Positions 8,849 to 18,184 of a DNA stretch of 48,204 nt are shown here, piece by piece. The stretch is taken from contig MEZD01000016.1 in assembly GCA_001775955.1 (NCBI GenBank), forward strand, positions 838 through 49,041, in the 5' to 3' direction. Origin of the DNA: Candidatus Bathyarchaeota archaeon RBG_13_38_9 (GTDB taxonomy: Archaea > Thermoproteota > Bathyarchaeia > 40CM-2-53-6 > RBG-13-38-9). The notes under the pieces are model-generated. The model saw nothing but the letters and a program-made list of their open reading frames with translations. It did not search any database and was not told the DNA's origin. Made by a program: the position numbers and the translations under genes. The stretch's first letter is position 1, and every line of letters starts with the position of its first letter.

Positions 8849-10411
8849 ATGCACAAAATTAATTCTATCAATATAGGCAAGAGTCTACTACTATTATTCG
8901 TGGTAATGATGATGTTATTTCCAGTATGTCTAGCACAAGATGAAGTTGAAGACATAGAAATAACAGATGAAATTGAGGATGAGAGAATTGTTATCACTGA
9001 ACTATATGTAGATGGTGAAGATGAAATGATTGTAAGTGACCGAGCATTAATACTAACAGGAAATATCACAGTAATGAATGCAAGTGAACTAATGATAACT
9101 AGTTCAGATATTCAACTCTCTATTAGAGGCGAAAGAAGTTACAATGTCTCAATTCTTGATGAAGGAAATATGATAATCAGTAACTCTACACTAAACACAC
9201 TATCAAACGCTTCCTTAGTTAAACTATTAGATAACGGCCAATTAAAAGTGATAAACTCAAACTTAACAGATTTCAAATCACTCTCCACATCAAGCAACTC
9301 AACTCTAATTGTTCAGGGAAGTCGAGTCAATATCAACAAGATCATTTGCACAGGCAAGAACATCTCATTCACTGAAAGTAGTATGCCACACGGTGACCTA
9401 AACGTAACAGTAACAGAAGTTAATCTAGAAGATTTTATAGGCGATAATATATTCTTAGATATGAATAATTCAGTACTAAAAAGTATTCAATGCAACCTAC
9501 TTAAAATCAGAACTGTTGACTCAGTATATTTAAACGAATCAAAGATCAAAAACTGTGAGATCGAATCTAAAAATGAGACATTTGTTGTAGACTCAACATT
9601 TGAGTCTCTTACATTGAACTCTTCAGGTATAGCAATTAACGTTTCAACATCAGAAGGAGGAGCACGAGCTGGAGGGGCCATCAGAGCTGCTGAAAATTCT
9701 ACTACTAAAATTCTGCGATATTGGTATTTGACATTGAATGTTACAGAAATGGCTGGATTGGGTATACCTGCCAAGATTACTGTGGAAGATTATTTTGGAA
9801 ATACGATTCTAGAAGGTAAATCAGATGTTTATGGTCTATATACGGAGCCAATTATAGCCGAGATCATAAACAGCACAAAAACAGTTTTCGTTGGCAACTA
9901 CAAAGTTAAGGCTACATATGCTAATGTTACAACAAAATATACTCCAATAGTACTGGATAGAAACGTAGATATCGATTTACAATTTAAAAGTCCCATACCT
10001 CTAGAAACATCAACAAAATTGATGGTGCCCCCAGATGCAGTTATGGTTGATGAATCAGTAAAAATCGAAGGATGGATCGTAAAAGAATTACCGGAAGAAG
10101 ATATAGAAATTGTTGCGTCTGGCCCTGGCAATTCCAGTTTTACATTGATCTGTAAGACAGATGAGAATGGTGTATTCGAAAAAGAGTTCAGCCTAAATAC
10201 TGAGGGTCAATGGACTGTTTATGCTGATTGGATCGGTGGAGCAAGTTACGGACAAAGATTTACTAAAAGTCAAGCATTTATGCTGACTGTTCAGCCCAGA
10301 CCATCATTGATGATTCTACTGATTCAAGCTCTTCCAATAGCGGTTGTTGTAATAGGCATATTAACAACCATAACATTTCTGGCTTTGGGACGCTCCAAGT
10401 CTAAGGTTTAA
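8849..10411 (+). CDS. Secreted, C-terminally membrane-anchored beta-helix/Ig-like surface protein
   Basis: Signal peptide MHKINSINIGKSLLLLFVVMMMLFPVCLA|QDE, then an acidic stretch. Repetitive N-x-S/T-rich segments look beta-helix-like (NSTLNTLSNASL.., NSNLTDFKSL.., NSVLKSIQCNL..). Two Ig/CarboxypepD_reg-like segments follow. C-terminal TM helix plus basic tail (ALPIAVVVIGILTTITFLALGRSKSKV). Confidence 0.7.
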   Translation: MHKINSINIGKSLLLLFVVMMMLFPVCLAQDEVEDIEITDEIEDERIVITELYVDGEDEMIVSDRALILTGNITVMNASELMITSSDIQLSIRGERSYNVSILDEGNMIISNSTLNTLSNASLVKLLDNGQLKVINSNLTDFKSLSTSSNSTLIVQGSRVNINKIICTGKNISFTESSMPHGDLNVTVTEVNLEDFIGDNIFLDMNNSVLKSIQCNLLKIRTVDSVYLNESKIKNCEIESKNETFVVDSTFESLTLNSSGIAINVSTSEGGARAGGAIRAAENSTTKILRYWYLTLNVTEMAGLGIPAKITVEDYFGNTILEGKSDVYGLYTEPIIAEIINSTKTVFVGNYKVKATYANVTTKYTPIVLDRNVDIDLQFKSPIPLETSTKLMVPPDAVMVDESVKIEGWIVKELPEEDIEIVASGPGNSSFTLICKTDENGVFEKEFSLNTEGQWTVYADWIGGASYGQRFTKSQAFMLTVQPRPSLMILLIQALPIAVVVIGILTTITFLALGRSKSKV

Positions 10412-10485
10412 AAAAGGATTTTACTATCAAAATTCAAATATCAATAACGAGATTCATTACAAATCCAATGTGAAGTACTATTTTC

Positions 10486-11709
10486 TTAAAATACAATATA
10501 CGATGGAAGTTGAACAAATAATGACCATACAATAACTGCAATAATATATCCAGCAAGTATTAACTTAGCATAATTTTTCTTTTCAGAATTTATGTAGATT
10601 TTTTCTGTAATATAGACTAGAGATATGAATGCAAATGGTAAACCTGATAATATATACCAAATGAAAGGTTTTCCAGTTGATGTTGTAATTAACAACGATA
10701 TGAATACTAAAGGTACAGGAATCATTTTTTTATTATCTCGAAACAAATAATAAAAAGCAAGAATCGTAGCTGAGAATGATAGAGGCCACGTTAACGGATT
10801 AAACGTACCGATCAAACTTATGCCTTTTTCTACGGGAGAAAAAGAAAGAAACTTACTCACAGTATCAAAATGTATAACAGTAATATCTGAAGGTCCCTCG
10901 ATGCCTAATAGAAAATTTAGCAGTATCCAAAATGGAGGTGGAGCACCCATTCCAATACGCATACTCTGATGAAACCCTAAAATCCTCAATTGAAGGTAGA
11001 TGAAATCAATTATAGTATTTCCTGCAAAAAAGAAAACAGCATATATAGACGAGTAGGTTAGAACTGCAATTACCAGACCTATAGGATATAACTTCAAATT
11101 GCGCCCATTTTTGTTAATTAGATAATATATTGGTGGTATAATTACTAAGAAGAAAGTAATCCATTTACAGGACAGAGCTAATCCTATTGTTATATATAGA
11201 AATAGAAAATTCCATTTTGTCTTATTGGTAATCATTAGTAAAATTGCTAGTGCTGTAAAGAATGTCGCATAGATGTCAAGCATAGAAAAAGATGAAAATT
11301 GAATGTACAGTTTATCCATACTTAATATTAAAATCGGTAATACTGTAAATGGAAAAACATGCAAAATTTTCTTCGAGATCATGTAGACTAAAAAAAGTGT
11401 GAAAACAGAAATAATTAGGCTCAGTAATGCCTGATTCATGAAAATTAACTCTGAAACACCAATAAGATATTTTGCTAGAGGAGGATGTTCAAAATTTATG
11501 GTGTCAGGAGTAATCCCGTTAATATAACGCCAACCAGTTAACGCATAAAGTTTATCATCTGAAAAAATTGATCCTTTGTGAATCGAGGTTGAATATTCTT
11601 CAAGCAATGTCTTTTGCTCAAATTGGACATAGAATACACTATTACATCGGTATATGAAAAAAACAATAATCAATACAAGAATGATCTGCTCTAATTTAGG
11701 AATCCGCAT
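10486..11709 (-). CDS. GT-C fold glycosyltransferase (PMT/ArnT-like, dolichyl-phosphate-sugar dependent)
   Basis: About 11 TM helices. The first-loop motif DDKLYA...INFEHPPLAKYLIG matches the DE...HPPLGK signature of PMT_2/GT39-type enzymes. Confidence 0.65.
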   Translation of the reverse strand: MRIPKLEQIILVLIIVFFIYRCNSVFYVQFEQKTLLEEYSTSIHKGSIFSDDKLYALTGWRYINGITPDTINFEHPPLAKYLIGVSELIFMNQALLSLIISVFTLFLVYMISKKILHVFPFTVLPILILSMDKLYIQFSSFSMLDIYATFFTALAILLMITNKTKWNFLFLYITIGLALSCKWITFFLVIIPPIYYLINKNGRNLKLYPIGLVIAVLTYSSIYAVFFFAGNTIIDFIYLQLRILGFHQSMRIGMGAPPPFWILLNFLLGIEGPSDITVIHFDTVSKFLSFSPVEKGISLIGTFNPLTWPLSFSATILAFYYLFRDNKKMIPVPLVFISLLITTSTGKPFIWYILSGLPFAFISLVYITEKIYINSEKKNYAKLILAGYIIAVIVWSLFVQLPSYIVF

Positions 11710-11760
11710 ATTACATCTACATTAAATAAAATTTCAACTGGAAAATACTATATTTGAATT

Positions 11761-13245
11761 TCAATTTGTTGATTCCAATAGTTTTATGACTTTATCAGTT
11801 ATCTCGTCCATGTTATCTCCCTCAATGAACTGGATATTATTTGCTTTGAGGAAGTCTCTTGCTTCTTGATGAAGTACTGGCGATGCAATCAGTAAACTTG
11901 TTGCTGATATATTATCTGTAAATTTTGCATATGAAGATAGAACCGTTTTTGTATCGACAACTTCTGACGATGCCACCAAATCTAAAGCAACTAATTTGCT
12001 TTTTTTGTTGGCCGTTAATGTGAATTCATGACTGACGCCAGTTTTACCCTTAAGGTAACCTGGAACATCTACTGAATATTGTATTTTTCTAAGTGCGTCA
12101 GCTATTGTAAGCACAATCAATTTTTCTTTAGCTTCAAATCTAACGTCTTGATTTAATGTGAATGAATGAGTATCAAGAAGATCACAATTTTTCAATTGAA
12201 ATTCATTTGAGCAGTCTCTACAAAAATAGGATCTTAGTGGATCGCTGAACAGGCTGCCACATGATTGGCATTCAAAGGAAACGCCAACAGATTTTAGTTC
12301 GAGATCTTCACTGATTTTTTTTCCACATTTTGGACATATAATTCCAGATGGTGTCTGATACTCATTCTGTTTATAGATAGCTCCACAATCAAGATGTTGC
12401 ATCAATCTGTTTATGTTGACTTTGTGAGAATCGCATTCCGGACACTTGCTTCTATTGAAAACCCTTGCTGATTTATGACATTGTGGACAAGCAATTAGCT
12501 TTTCATATAGATCTTCATTTAGTACACCTGATTCAACTAATTCATCTAGAGTGTATTGTATCTTTCTTTGAGAGTATCCCTTTAGATCAGAAAGTACCGG
12601 ATAAGATGGAGTTTCACTTCTCACCATTATTGGTTCGATAATTTCAAGATTTGAATTAATGAATCTCCTTAATATATCCTGAACAATTGGCCTACTGTAT
12701 AATCTATCCCGTAATCCTTTTAGAAGTTCAGGTTTCTTCTTCGCTTCTGACCATAATTGTCTTTTAACATGAAAAATTTCCCCTTCTTCTATGGTTTCTG
12801 TCTCGGCAGGCTCGGGGGCCGATTCTAACTTATCAAGTTTTTCAAGAAGTTTCTCAGTCTGAGGTTCTGGTTTAGTTTCTTCCACTTTCTTAGCCTCCTT
12901 TATACGTTTGACATGGAAACTATCAAGAATCATCATAAAACCTGCGACAAGAAAAAAAATGTCCAAATAACCCCATGAATACATTTTAGTACTAAACAAT
13001 TTGTTTACTAAAGCTAATGCTATACAAGCAGTTCCAGCCGCTATTAAAAATTCATTCATTTCTTTTATCGCGCCATAGATCCCAGCTCCAATCGCAGCAA
13101 AAAAACCAAATGTGAGGATTAATGAATAAATAAAGCCTGGATCACCAGGATTCCAAGAAAAGCCGCTCCCACCAAGATAGGTTACTCCACTAACAATAAT
13201 AGCAACTAATAGAATAATGATGCCGGCTAAACCTATCTGGCGCAA
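11761..13245 (-). CDS. Membrane-tethered wHTH + triple zinc-ribbon protein with C-terminal alpha/beta domain (possibly TackOD1-like)
   Basis: Four N-terminal TM helices and an E/K/P-rich linker. TrmB-like wHTH (YSQRKIQYTLDELVESGVLNEDLYEKLIACPQC). CxxC pairs: CPQC..CPEC, CPKC..CQSC, CRDC. The C-terminal roughly 120 aa form an alpha/beta region. Confidence 0.6.
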   Translation of the reverse strand: MRQIGLAGIIILLVAIIVSGVTYLGGSGFSWNPGDPGFIYSLILTFGFFAAIGAGIYGAIKEMNEFLIAAGTACIALALVNKLFSTKMYSWGYLDIFFLVAGFMMILDSFHVKRIKEAKKVEETKPEPQTEKLLEKLDKLESAPEPAETETIEEGEIFHVKRQLWSEAKKKPELLKGLRDRLYSRPIVQDILRRFINSNLEIIEPIMVRSETPSYPVLSDLKGYSQRKIQYTLDELVESGVLNEDLYEKLIACPQCHKSARVFNRSKCPECDSHKVNINRLMQHLDCGAIYKQNEYQTPSGIICPKCGKKISEDLELKSVGVSFECQSCGSLFSDPLRSYFCRDCSNEFQLKNCDLLDTHSFTLNQDVRFEAKEKLIVLTIADALRKIQYSVDVPGYLKGKTGVSHEFTLTANKKSKLVALDLVASSEVVDTKTVLSSYAKFTDNISATSLLIASPVLHQEARDFLKANNIQFIEGDNMDEITDKVIKLLESTN

Positions 13246-13440
13246 ATCTAGTTTACCTCCCTACTTTTCTTACGGCTCTACCATATAATTATTCGTACAA
13301 TGCAAGTCACATACAATTAGATAGATTTGTATGTATCATAGATACATAACCTACAGAATCATGAGCGTATAAAATTAGAACAGTTTTTATAATCCTACAT
13401 TCAATTCAGCTCCAAGATCATTAGAATAATCGGGATAAAA

Positions 13441-13878
13441 ATGGGAAAGACTTCAAACGGAATCTTCGCTGCAAGAAAACTCAAGCGTATACGACAGAAG
13501 CTTAGATGGAAATATAAACCATATAAACGAAGAATGCTCGGTCTAGACTACAAATCCGACCCTCTTCAAGGATCTCCCCAAGCTAAGGCCATAGTCCTTG
13601 AGAAAGTAGGAATCGAATGTCGTCAACCAAACAGTGCCGTTAGGAAGGCGGTTAGAGTCCAACTGATAAAGAATGGGAAAGTAATAACAGCATTCACACC
13701 AGGAGACGGTGCATTAAACTTCATAGACGAACACGATGAAGTCCATTTATGTGGCTTAGGTGGTCCAGAAGGCAAAGCAATGGGTGATATACCTGGCATA
13801 AGATGGCAAGTATTCAAGGTCAATAATGTGTCTCTCAAAGCATTACTTTCAGGAAAGAAAGAGAAGCCAAGACGTTAG
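13441..13878 (+). CDS. rps12: 30S ribosomal protein uS12 (archaeal S12)
   Basis: [72 protein letters not shown] is the canonical archaeal S12 sequence. TATA-like tttttataa sits about 50 nt upstream. Confidence 0.95.
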   Translation: MGKTSNGIFAARKLKRIRQKLRWKYKPYKRRMLGLDYKSDPLQGSPQAKAIVLEKVGIECRQPNSAVRKAVRVQLIKNGKVITAFTPGDGALNFIDEHDEVHLCGLGGPEGKAMGDIPGIRWQVFKVNNVSLKALLSGKKEKPRR

Positions 13879-13889
13879 TAGAAACGAAC

Positions 13890-13896
13890 TTTTTTT
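13890..13896 (+). terminator. T7 tract downstream of rps12
   Basis: ttttttt begins 12 nt after the TAG stop at 13876-13878. Confidence 0.4.
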
Positions 13897-13974
13897 AATT
13901 AATTCTTGCACAGAAATTAGAATGGAAAAATTCATTTAATTGATGGCACTTCGCCTTATTTGTAAATATAGACT

Positions 13975-14095
13975 GCCGGGGTTGCCTAGAGATTCTAAAA
14001 GAATCGGGAAACCAGGTAAGGCGTCGGCTTGCTATCTTTAAGCAGAAAGCCGATGACCCTTGCGGGTCTCGTGGGTTCAAATCCCACCCCCGGCG
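13975..14095 (+). tRNA. tRNA-Ser (anticodon GCU) with two inserts (D-loop and canonical 37/38 intron)
   Basis: Acceptor GCCGGGG/CCCCGGC plus discriminator G. T-arm GTGGG-TTCAAAT-CCCAC. Anticodon stem TCGGC/GCCGA with loop TT-GCT-A interrupted by about 13 nt (tctttaagcagaa). Long variable arm GACCC-TTGC-GGGTC. About 22 extra nt with hairpin gattc-taaaa-gaatc sit inside the D-loop. CCA is not encoded. Confidence 0.8.
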
Positions 14096-14310
14096 CTGAA
14101 CCTGTAAATCAATGCATCACACAATAATTTTGATTAATGTTATAGTACATTTCTTGGCAAAGATAATTGTGAAATCAAATAGGATAAGTATTAGAATAAT
14201 TAATTCCTCTACAATTTGAGTTCAGTTAAAGTAGAAAAAAAATCATAAACATAGTATCAAATAAGATACTATTCGCTTCAAGGTTATGTGACGGCATGGT
14301 GGAGACATAG

Positions 14311-17007
14311 ATGGAACAAAAGCAATGGCACTCAATGTCTATTGATGAAGTATCTAAAGATCTTAGAGCAAGCAATGAAGGGTTAACTAGTCAAGAAGCG
14401 GAACGCAGACTAGTAGAGTTTGGTCCTAACGAACTCAAGGCAGAGAAACAAGTCTCTCCACTACAGATATTTTTTGGACAATTCAAAAGTATCTTAATCA
14501 TAATCTTAATCTTTGCAACAATATTCTCCGCTGTCCTAGGAGAAATTATCGACGCAATTATTATCCTTGCTATTGTAGTAGCATCAGCTGGACTAGGCTT
14601 TTTCCAAGAGTATCGGGCGGAAAAGGCTCTTGAAGCTTTGAAGAAAATGCTATCTCCAACAATCACTGTAATAAGAGATGGAAAAGACAGCAGGATTTCT
14701 TCAAGTAAAATAGTTCCTGGTGATGTGATCGTTCTTGAAGCAGGAGATAAAATACCTGCTGACGCCAAAATATTCGAGATAGCAAATCTGAATGTTGATG
14801 AGTCTTCTCTTACTGGTGAATCTGTTCCAGTAAGAAAAAATCTTGATCCATTACCTGTTGAAACTTATCTGGCTGACAGGAAAAACATGGTATTCTCTGG
14901 CACTATTGTAACCTATGGTAGAGCAAAGGTGTTTGTAACTGCTACAGGAATGAAAACAGAATTTGGTCAGATTGCCAAAGAAGTTACTGCAACCACTAAA
15001 GAAAAGACACCATTAGAAATTAGAACTGAATCGATTGGTAAATGGTTAGGTCTACTATGTTTAGGCGTATGTCTAATAATTGTTTCATTTGGCATACTTA
15101 GAGAATATCTGATATCTGGATTTGTTCAGACTGAATTTATAATTGGACTAGTTATGTTTGGAATAGCTCTCGCAGTAGCAGCTGTTCCCGAGGCATTGCC
15201 AGCCATTGTGACTGGAACACTTGCAATAGGTATGAATGAGATGGCTAAAAGAAATGCTTTGGTTAGAAGAATGCCTGCAGTTGAGACTCTTGGTTCAACT
15301 ACAGTAATATGTTCTGATAAGACTGGAACCCTAACTAAAGGAGAAATGACAGTAAGGCGACTGTATCTAAATGATCAAGTGATAGATTTGACTGGAGTAG
15401 GTTACGACCCTCATGGTGAACTAAAAATTGCAGATAATACTATTAATCCCAATCAAAAGATCTTTTCACTTTGGGCTATGGCATCAATATTATGTAATGA
15501 TGCAAGTCTAGAGAAGACTAGAGAAGGCGACAATTGGCATATTATTGGTGATCCAACTGAGGGAGCATTAATTGTCGCTGCTAAGAAAGCTGGATTCGAA
15601 CAGGACGAGTATCGAAAAAAACATCCTCGAATAAGTGAATTGCCATTCAGCTCTGAAAGGAAGCGGATGAGCACTGTGCATCAAAGTACAGAAGGAAAGA
15701 AAATGGTTTTCACAAAGGGCGCTCCAGAAATAATCTTGGAAAGATGCTCACATATTCATGAACATGATACAGTTCAAGAGATGTCATTATCTAAGAAGAG
15801 GCAAATTTATGAGATTAATGAGAAAATGGCTACTGATGCACTACGAGTATTAGCAGTGGCGTATCAAGAGATTGCAGAGTCTATAAATGATTACAATGAA
15901 GAAACTCTTGAATCTGATCTAATATTTGTGGGTCTAATAGGAATGATAGATCCACCACGACCAGAAGCAATAATTGCTGTAAAATCGGCGAAGCAAGTCG
16001 GTATAAAAATTATTATGATAACAGGCGATCACAAACTCACAGCTATTGCGATAGCGATCGAGATGGGAATCTATGAAGATGGCAATATCGCTATGACAGG
16101 TGATGAGCTAGAAAAGATCAGTGATGAAGAACTAGAGAGTATGGTTACTATTGTTACGGTATATGCTAGAGTCTCTCCTTTACATAAATTGAAAATTGTC
16201 AAAGCTTGGAAGAGAAGGGGAGATATCGTAGCTATGACGGGTGATGGAGTCAATGATGCTCCCGCTGTCAAGAATGCGGATATAGGAATAGCTATGGGTA
16301 TTACGGGAACTGAAGTAACTAAAGAAGCTTCTGATATGATACTTGCAGATGATAACTTTGCAACTATTGTCAAAGCAATTGAAGAAGGAAGAAAAATTCT
16401 CGATAATATAAAACAGTATCTGACCTATCTGCTTGAAAGCAATTTTGTTGAGTTGATTGTGATTGGGGGCGGCGTCATTGTTGGTTTACCCCTACCGCTT
16501 CTTCCAGCACAGATTTTATGGTTAAATTTAGTCACTGATGGCGCACCAGCTCTTGCCCTAGGAGTCAGTCCACCAAGTCCAGATGTTATGACAAGGCCTC
16601 CAAGAGATCCTAAAGAATCAATATTCTCAAAGGAAGTTAAAGCCATGTTAACAACAATCACATTAATTCATTCACCTTTACTACTCTATATTTTCATAAG
16701 CTCCTTAGGGGAAGGTTTGAATCAGGCTAGAACAGCACTATTCATAGTCTTTGTCTTTTTCGAACTGAAAGTTGCGCTAAATTGTCGTTCTCTTAAATAC
16801 TCTATTTTTAAGGTTAAACCTCATAAAATGTTGGTGTTGGCTGTAATTGTTTCGGCTCTATCGACAATAGTCCTGTTTTCAATGCCTTATCTAAGATATG
16901 CATTCGGACTGCAAATACCAACATTCATTGATATTCTATGGGCCGTACTACTAGCAATATTTACTTTAATTCTAATCGAGCTTGTGAAAGTATGGATAAG
17001 ACATTGA
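14311..17007 (+). CDS. Cation-transporting P-type ATPase (type IIA, Ca2+-ATPase-like)
   Basis: [13 protein letters not shown] phosphorylation motif, [16 protein letters not shown] hinge, 10-TM layout, 898 aa. Confidence 0.9.
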   Translation: MEQKQWHSMSIDEVSKDLRASNEGLTSQEAERRLVEFGPNELKAEKQVSPLQIFFGQFKSILIIILIFATIFSAVLGEIIDAIIILAIVVASAGLGFFQEYRAEKALEALKKMLSPTITVIRDGKDSRISSSKIVPGDVIVLEAGDKIPADAKIFEIANLNVDESSLTGESVPVRKNLDPLPVETYLADRKNMVFSGTIVTYGRAKVFVTATGMKTEFGQIAKEVTATTKEKTPLEIRTESIGKWLGLLCLGVCLIIVSFGILREYLISGFVQTEFIIGLVMFGIALAVAAVPEALPAIVTGTLAIGMNEMAKRNALVRRMPAVETLGSTTVICSDKTGTLTKGEMTVRRLYLNDQVIDLTGVGYDPHGELKIADNTINPNQKIFSLWAMASILCNDASLEKTREGDNWHIIGDPTEGALIVAAKKAGFEQDEYRKKHPRISELPFSSERKRMSTVHQSTEGKKMVFTKGAPEIILERCSHIHEHDTVQEMSLSKKRQIYEINEKMATDALRVLAVAYQEIAESINDYNEETLESDLIFVGLIGMIDPPRPEAIIAVKSAKQVGIKIIMITGDHKLTAIAIAIEMGIYEDGNIAMTGDELEKISDEELESMVTIVTVYARVSPLHKLKIVKAWKRRGDIVAMTGDGVNDAPAVKNADIGIAMGITGTEVTKEASDMILADDNFATIVKAIEEGRKILDNIKQYLTYLLESNFVELIVIGGGVIVGLPLPLLPAQILWLNLVTDGAPALALGVSPPSPDVMTRPPRDPKESIFSKEVKAMLTTITLIHSPLLLYIFISSLGEGLNQARTALFIVFVFFELKVALNCRSLKYSIFKVKPHKMLVLAVIVSALSTIVLFSMPYLRYAFGLQIPTFIDILWAVLLAIFTLILIELVKVWIRH

Positions 17008-17093
17008 CAGATAATATACAACAACATATCGAAACATGATTTCAGAGGTGAAAGTAAATTACGCTAGCCCCAAAGGCGCATTCACAGAAAGAT

Positions 17094-18182
17094 GTGAAAG
17101 CCACTCTAGCATTAGAAGACGGTACAGTTGTTGAAGGATCAGGCTTCGGAGCAGAAGGTCTTACTCAGGGCGAGCTAGTCTTCAATACCAGTATGACAGG
17201 ATATGTTGAAGCATTAACGGATCCGAGCTATGCTGGACAAATATTGATGATGACCTATCCGCTCATAGGTAATTACGGTGTCTGCAGCGAAGATTATGAG
17301 AGCGACAGAATACAAGCCAACGGTTTAGTTATCAAAAGTCTATGCAGAAAACCAAGTAATTGGAGAAGCAAAAAAAACCTCGACCAATTTCTTAGAGAAT
17401 TTAACATTCCCGGAATTGAAGGCATCGATACTAGAATGCTCACCCTGAAAGCTAGGAATCATGGGACTATGAAGGCTACGTTAGCTGTATTCAAAAACAA
17501 AGATATGCCAAGCAAGGATGAACTTATTGAGAGAACCAAAAAACAACAACATATTTCAGATATTGATCTCGTGGACAAGGTTTGTGTTAGAAAACCAAAA
17601 TTTGTAGATGCTAAAGGCAAGTATCACGCAGTCATAATAGACTGTGGAGTGAAAAATAGCATAATAAAACAACTTACTCTAAGAGGAGTGGATCTACATG
17701 TTGTACCATATGACTTTCCCACAGATAAAATAATGAATTATGAGCCAGATGCTGTATTCATATCAAATGGCCCAGGTGATCCCGCAAGGGTCACTCAAAC
17801 GATTCAAACAATTAAGAATCTTATTGGTGAAGTACCTGTTGCAGGCATCTGTCTAGGTTTACAACTCACAAGCCTTGCTATGGGCGCTAAGACTTTCAAG
17901 TTGAAGTTTGGTCACAGGGGGGCAAATCAACCTGTTAAGGATTTTGATACTGGAAGAGTGTTCATATCAACTCAAAATCATGGATTTGCAGTTGATGTCA
18001 CATCATTGAAAGAAACGGGTCTAGAGATGACACAAAAAAATCTTAACGATGGAACAGTTGAAGGTATACAAAGTAGAGAGTCAACTCTATTCGCTGTTCA
18101 ATACCATCCTGAAGCTGGTCCTGGACCACATGATACCTACTTTTTCTTTGATAGATTTATACAGATGCTGGAGCATCGTTAA
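17094..18182 (+). CDS. carA: Carbamoyl-phosphate synthase small (glutaminase) subunit
   Basis: [41 protein letters not shown] (catalytic Cys), [15 protein letters not shown] start. Immediately precedes carB. Confidence 0.93.
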   Translation: MKATLALEDGTVVEGSGFGAEGLTQGELVFNTSMTGYVEALTDPSYAGQILMMTYPLIGNYGVCSEDYESDRIQANGLVIKSLCRKPSNWRSKKNLDQFLREFNIPGIEGIDTRMLTLKARNHGTMKATLAVFKNKDMPSKDELIERTKKQQHISDIDLVDKVCVRKPKFVDAKGKYHAVIIDCGVKNSIIKQLTLRGVDLHVVPYDFPTDKIMNYEPDAVFISNGPGDPARVTQTIQTIKNLIGEVPVAGICLGLQLTSLAMGAKTFKLKFGHRGANQPVKDFDTGRVFISTQNHGFAVDVTSLKETGLEMTQKNLNDGTVEGIQSRESTLFAVQYHPEAGPGPHDTYFFFDRFIQMLEHR

Positions 18183-18184
18183 GC

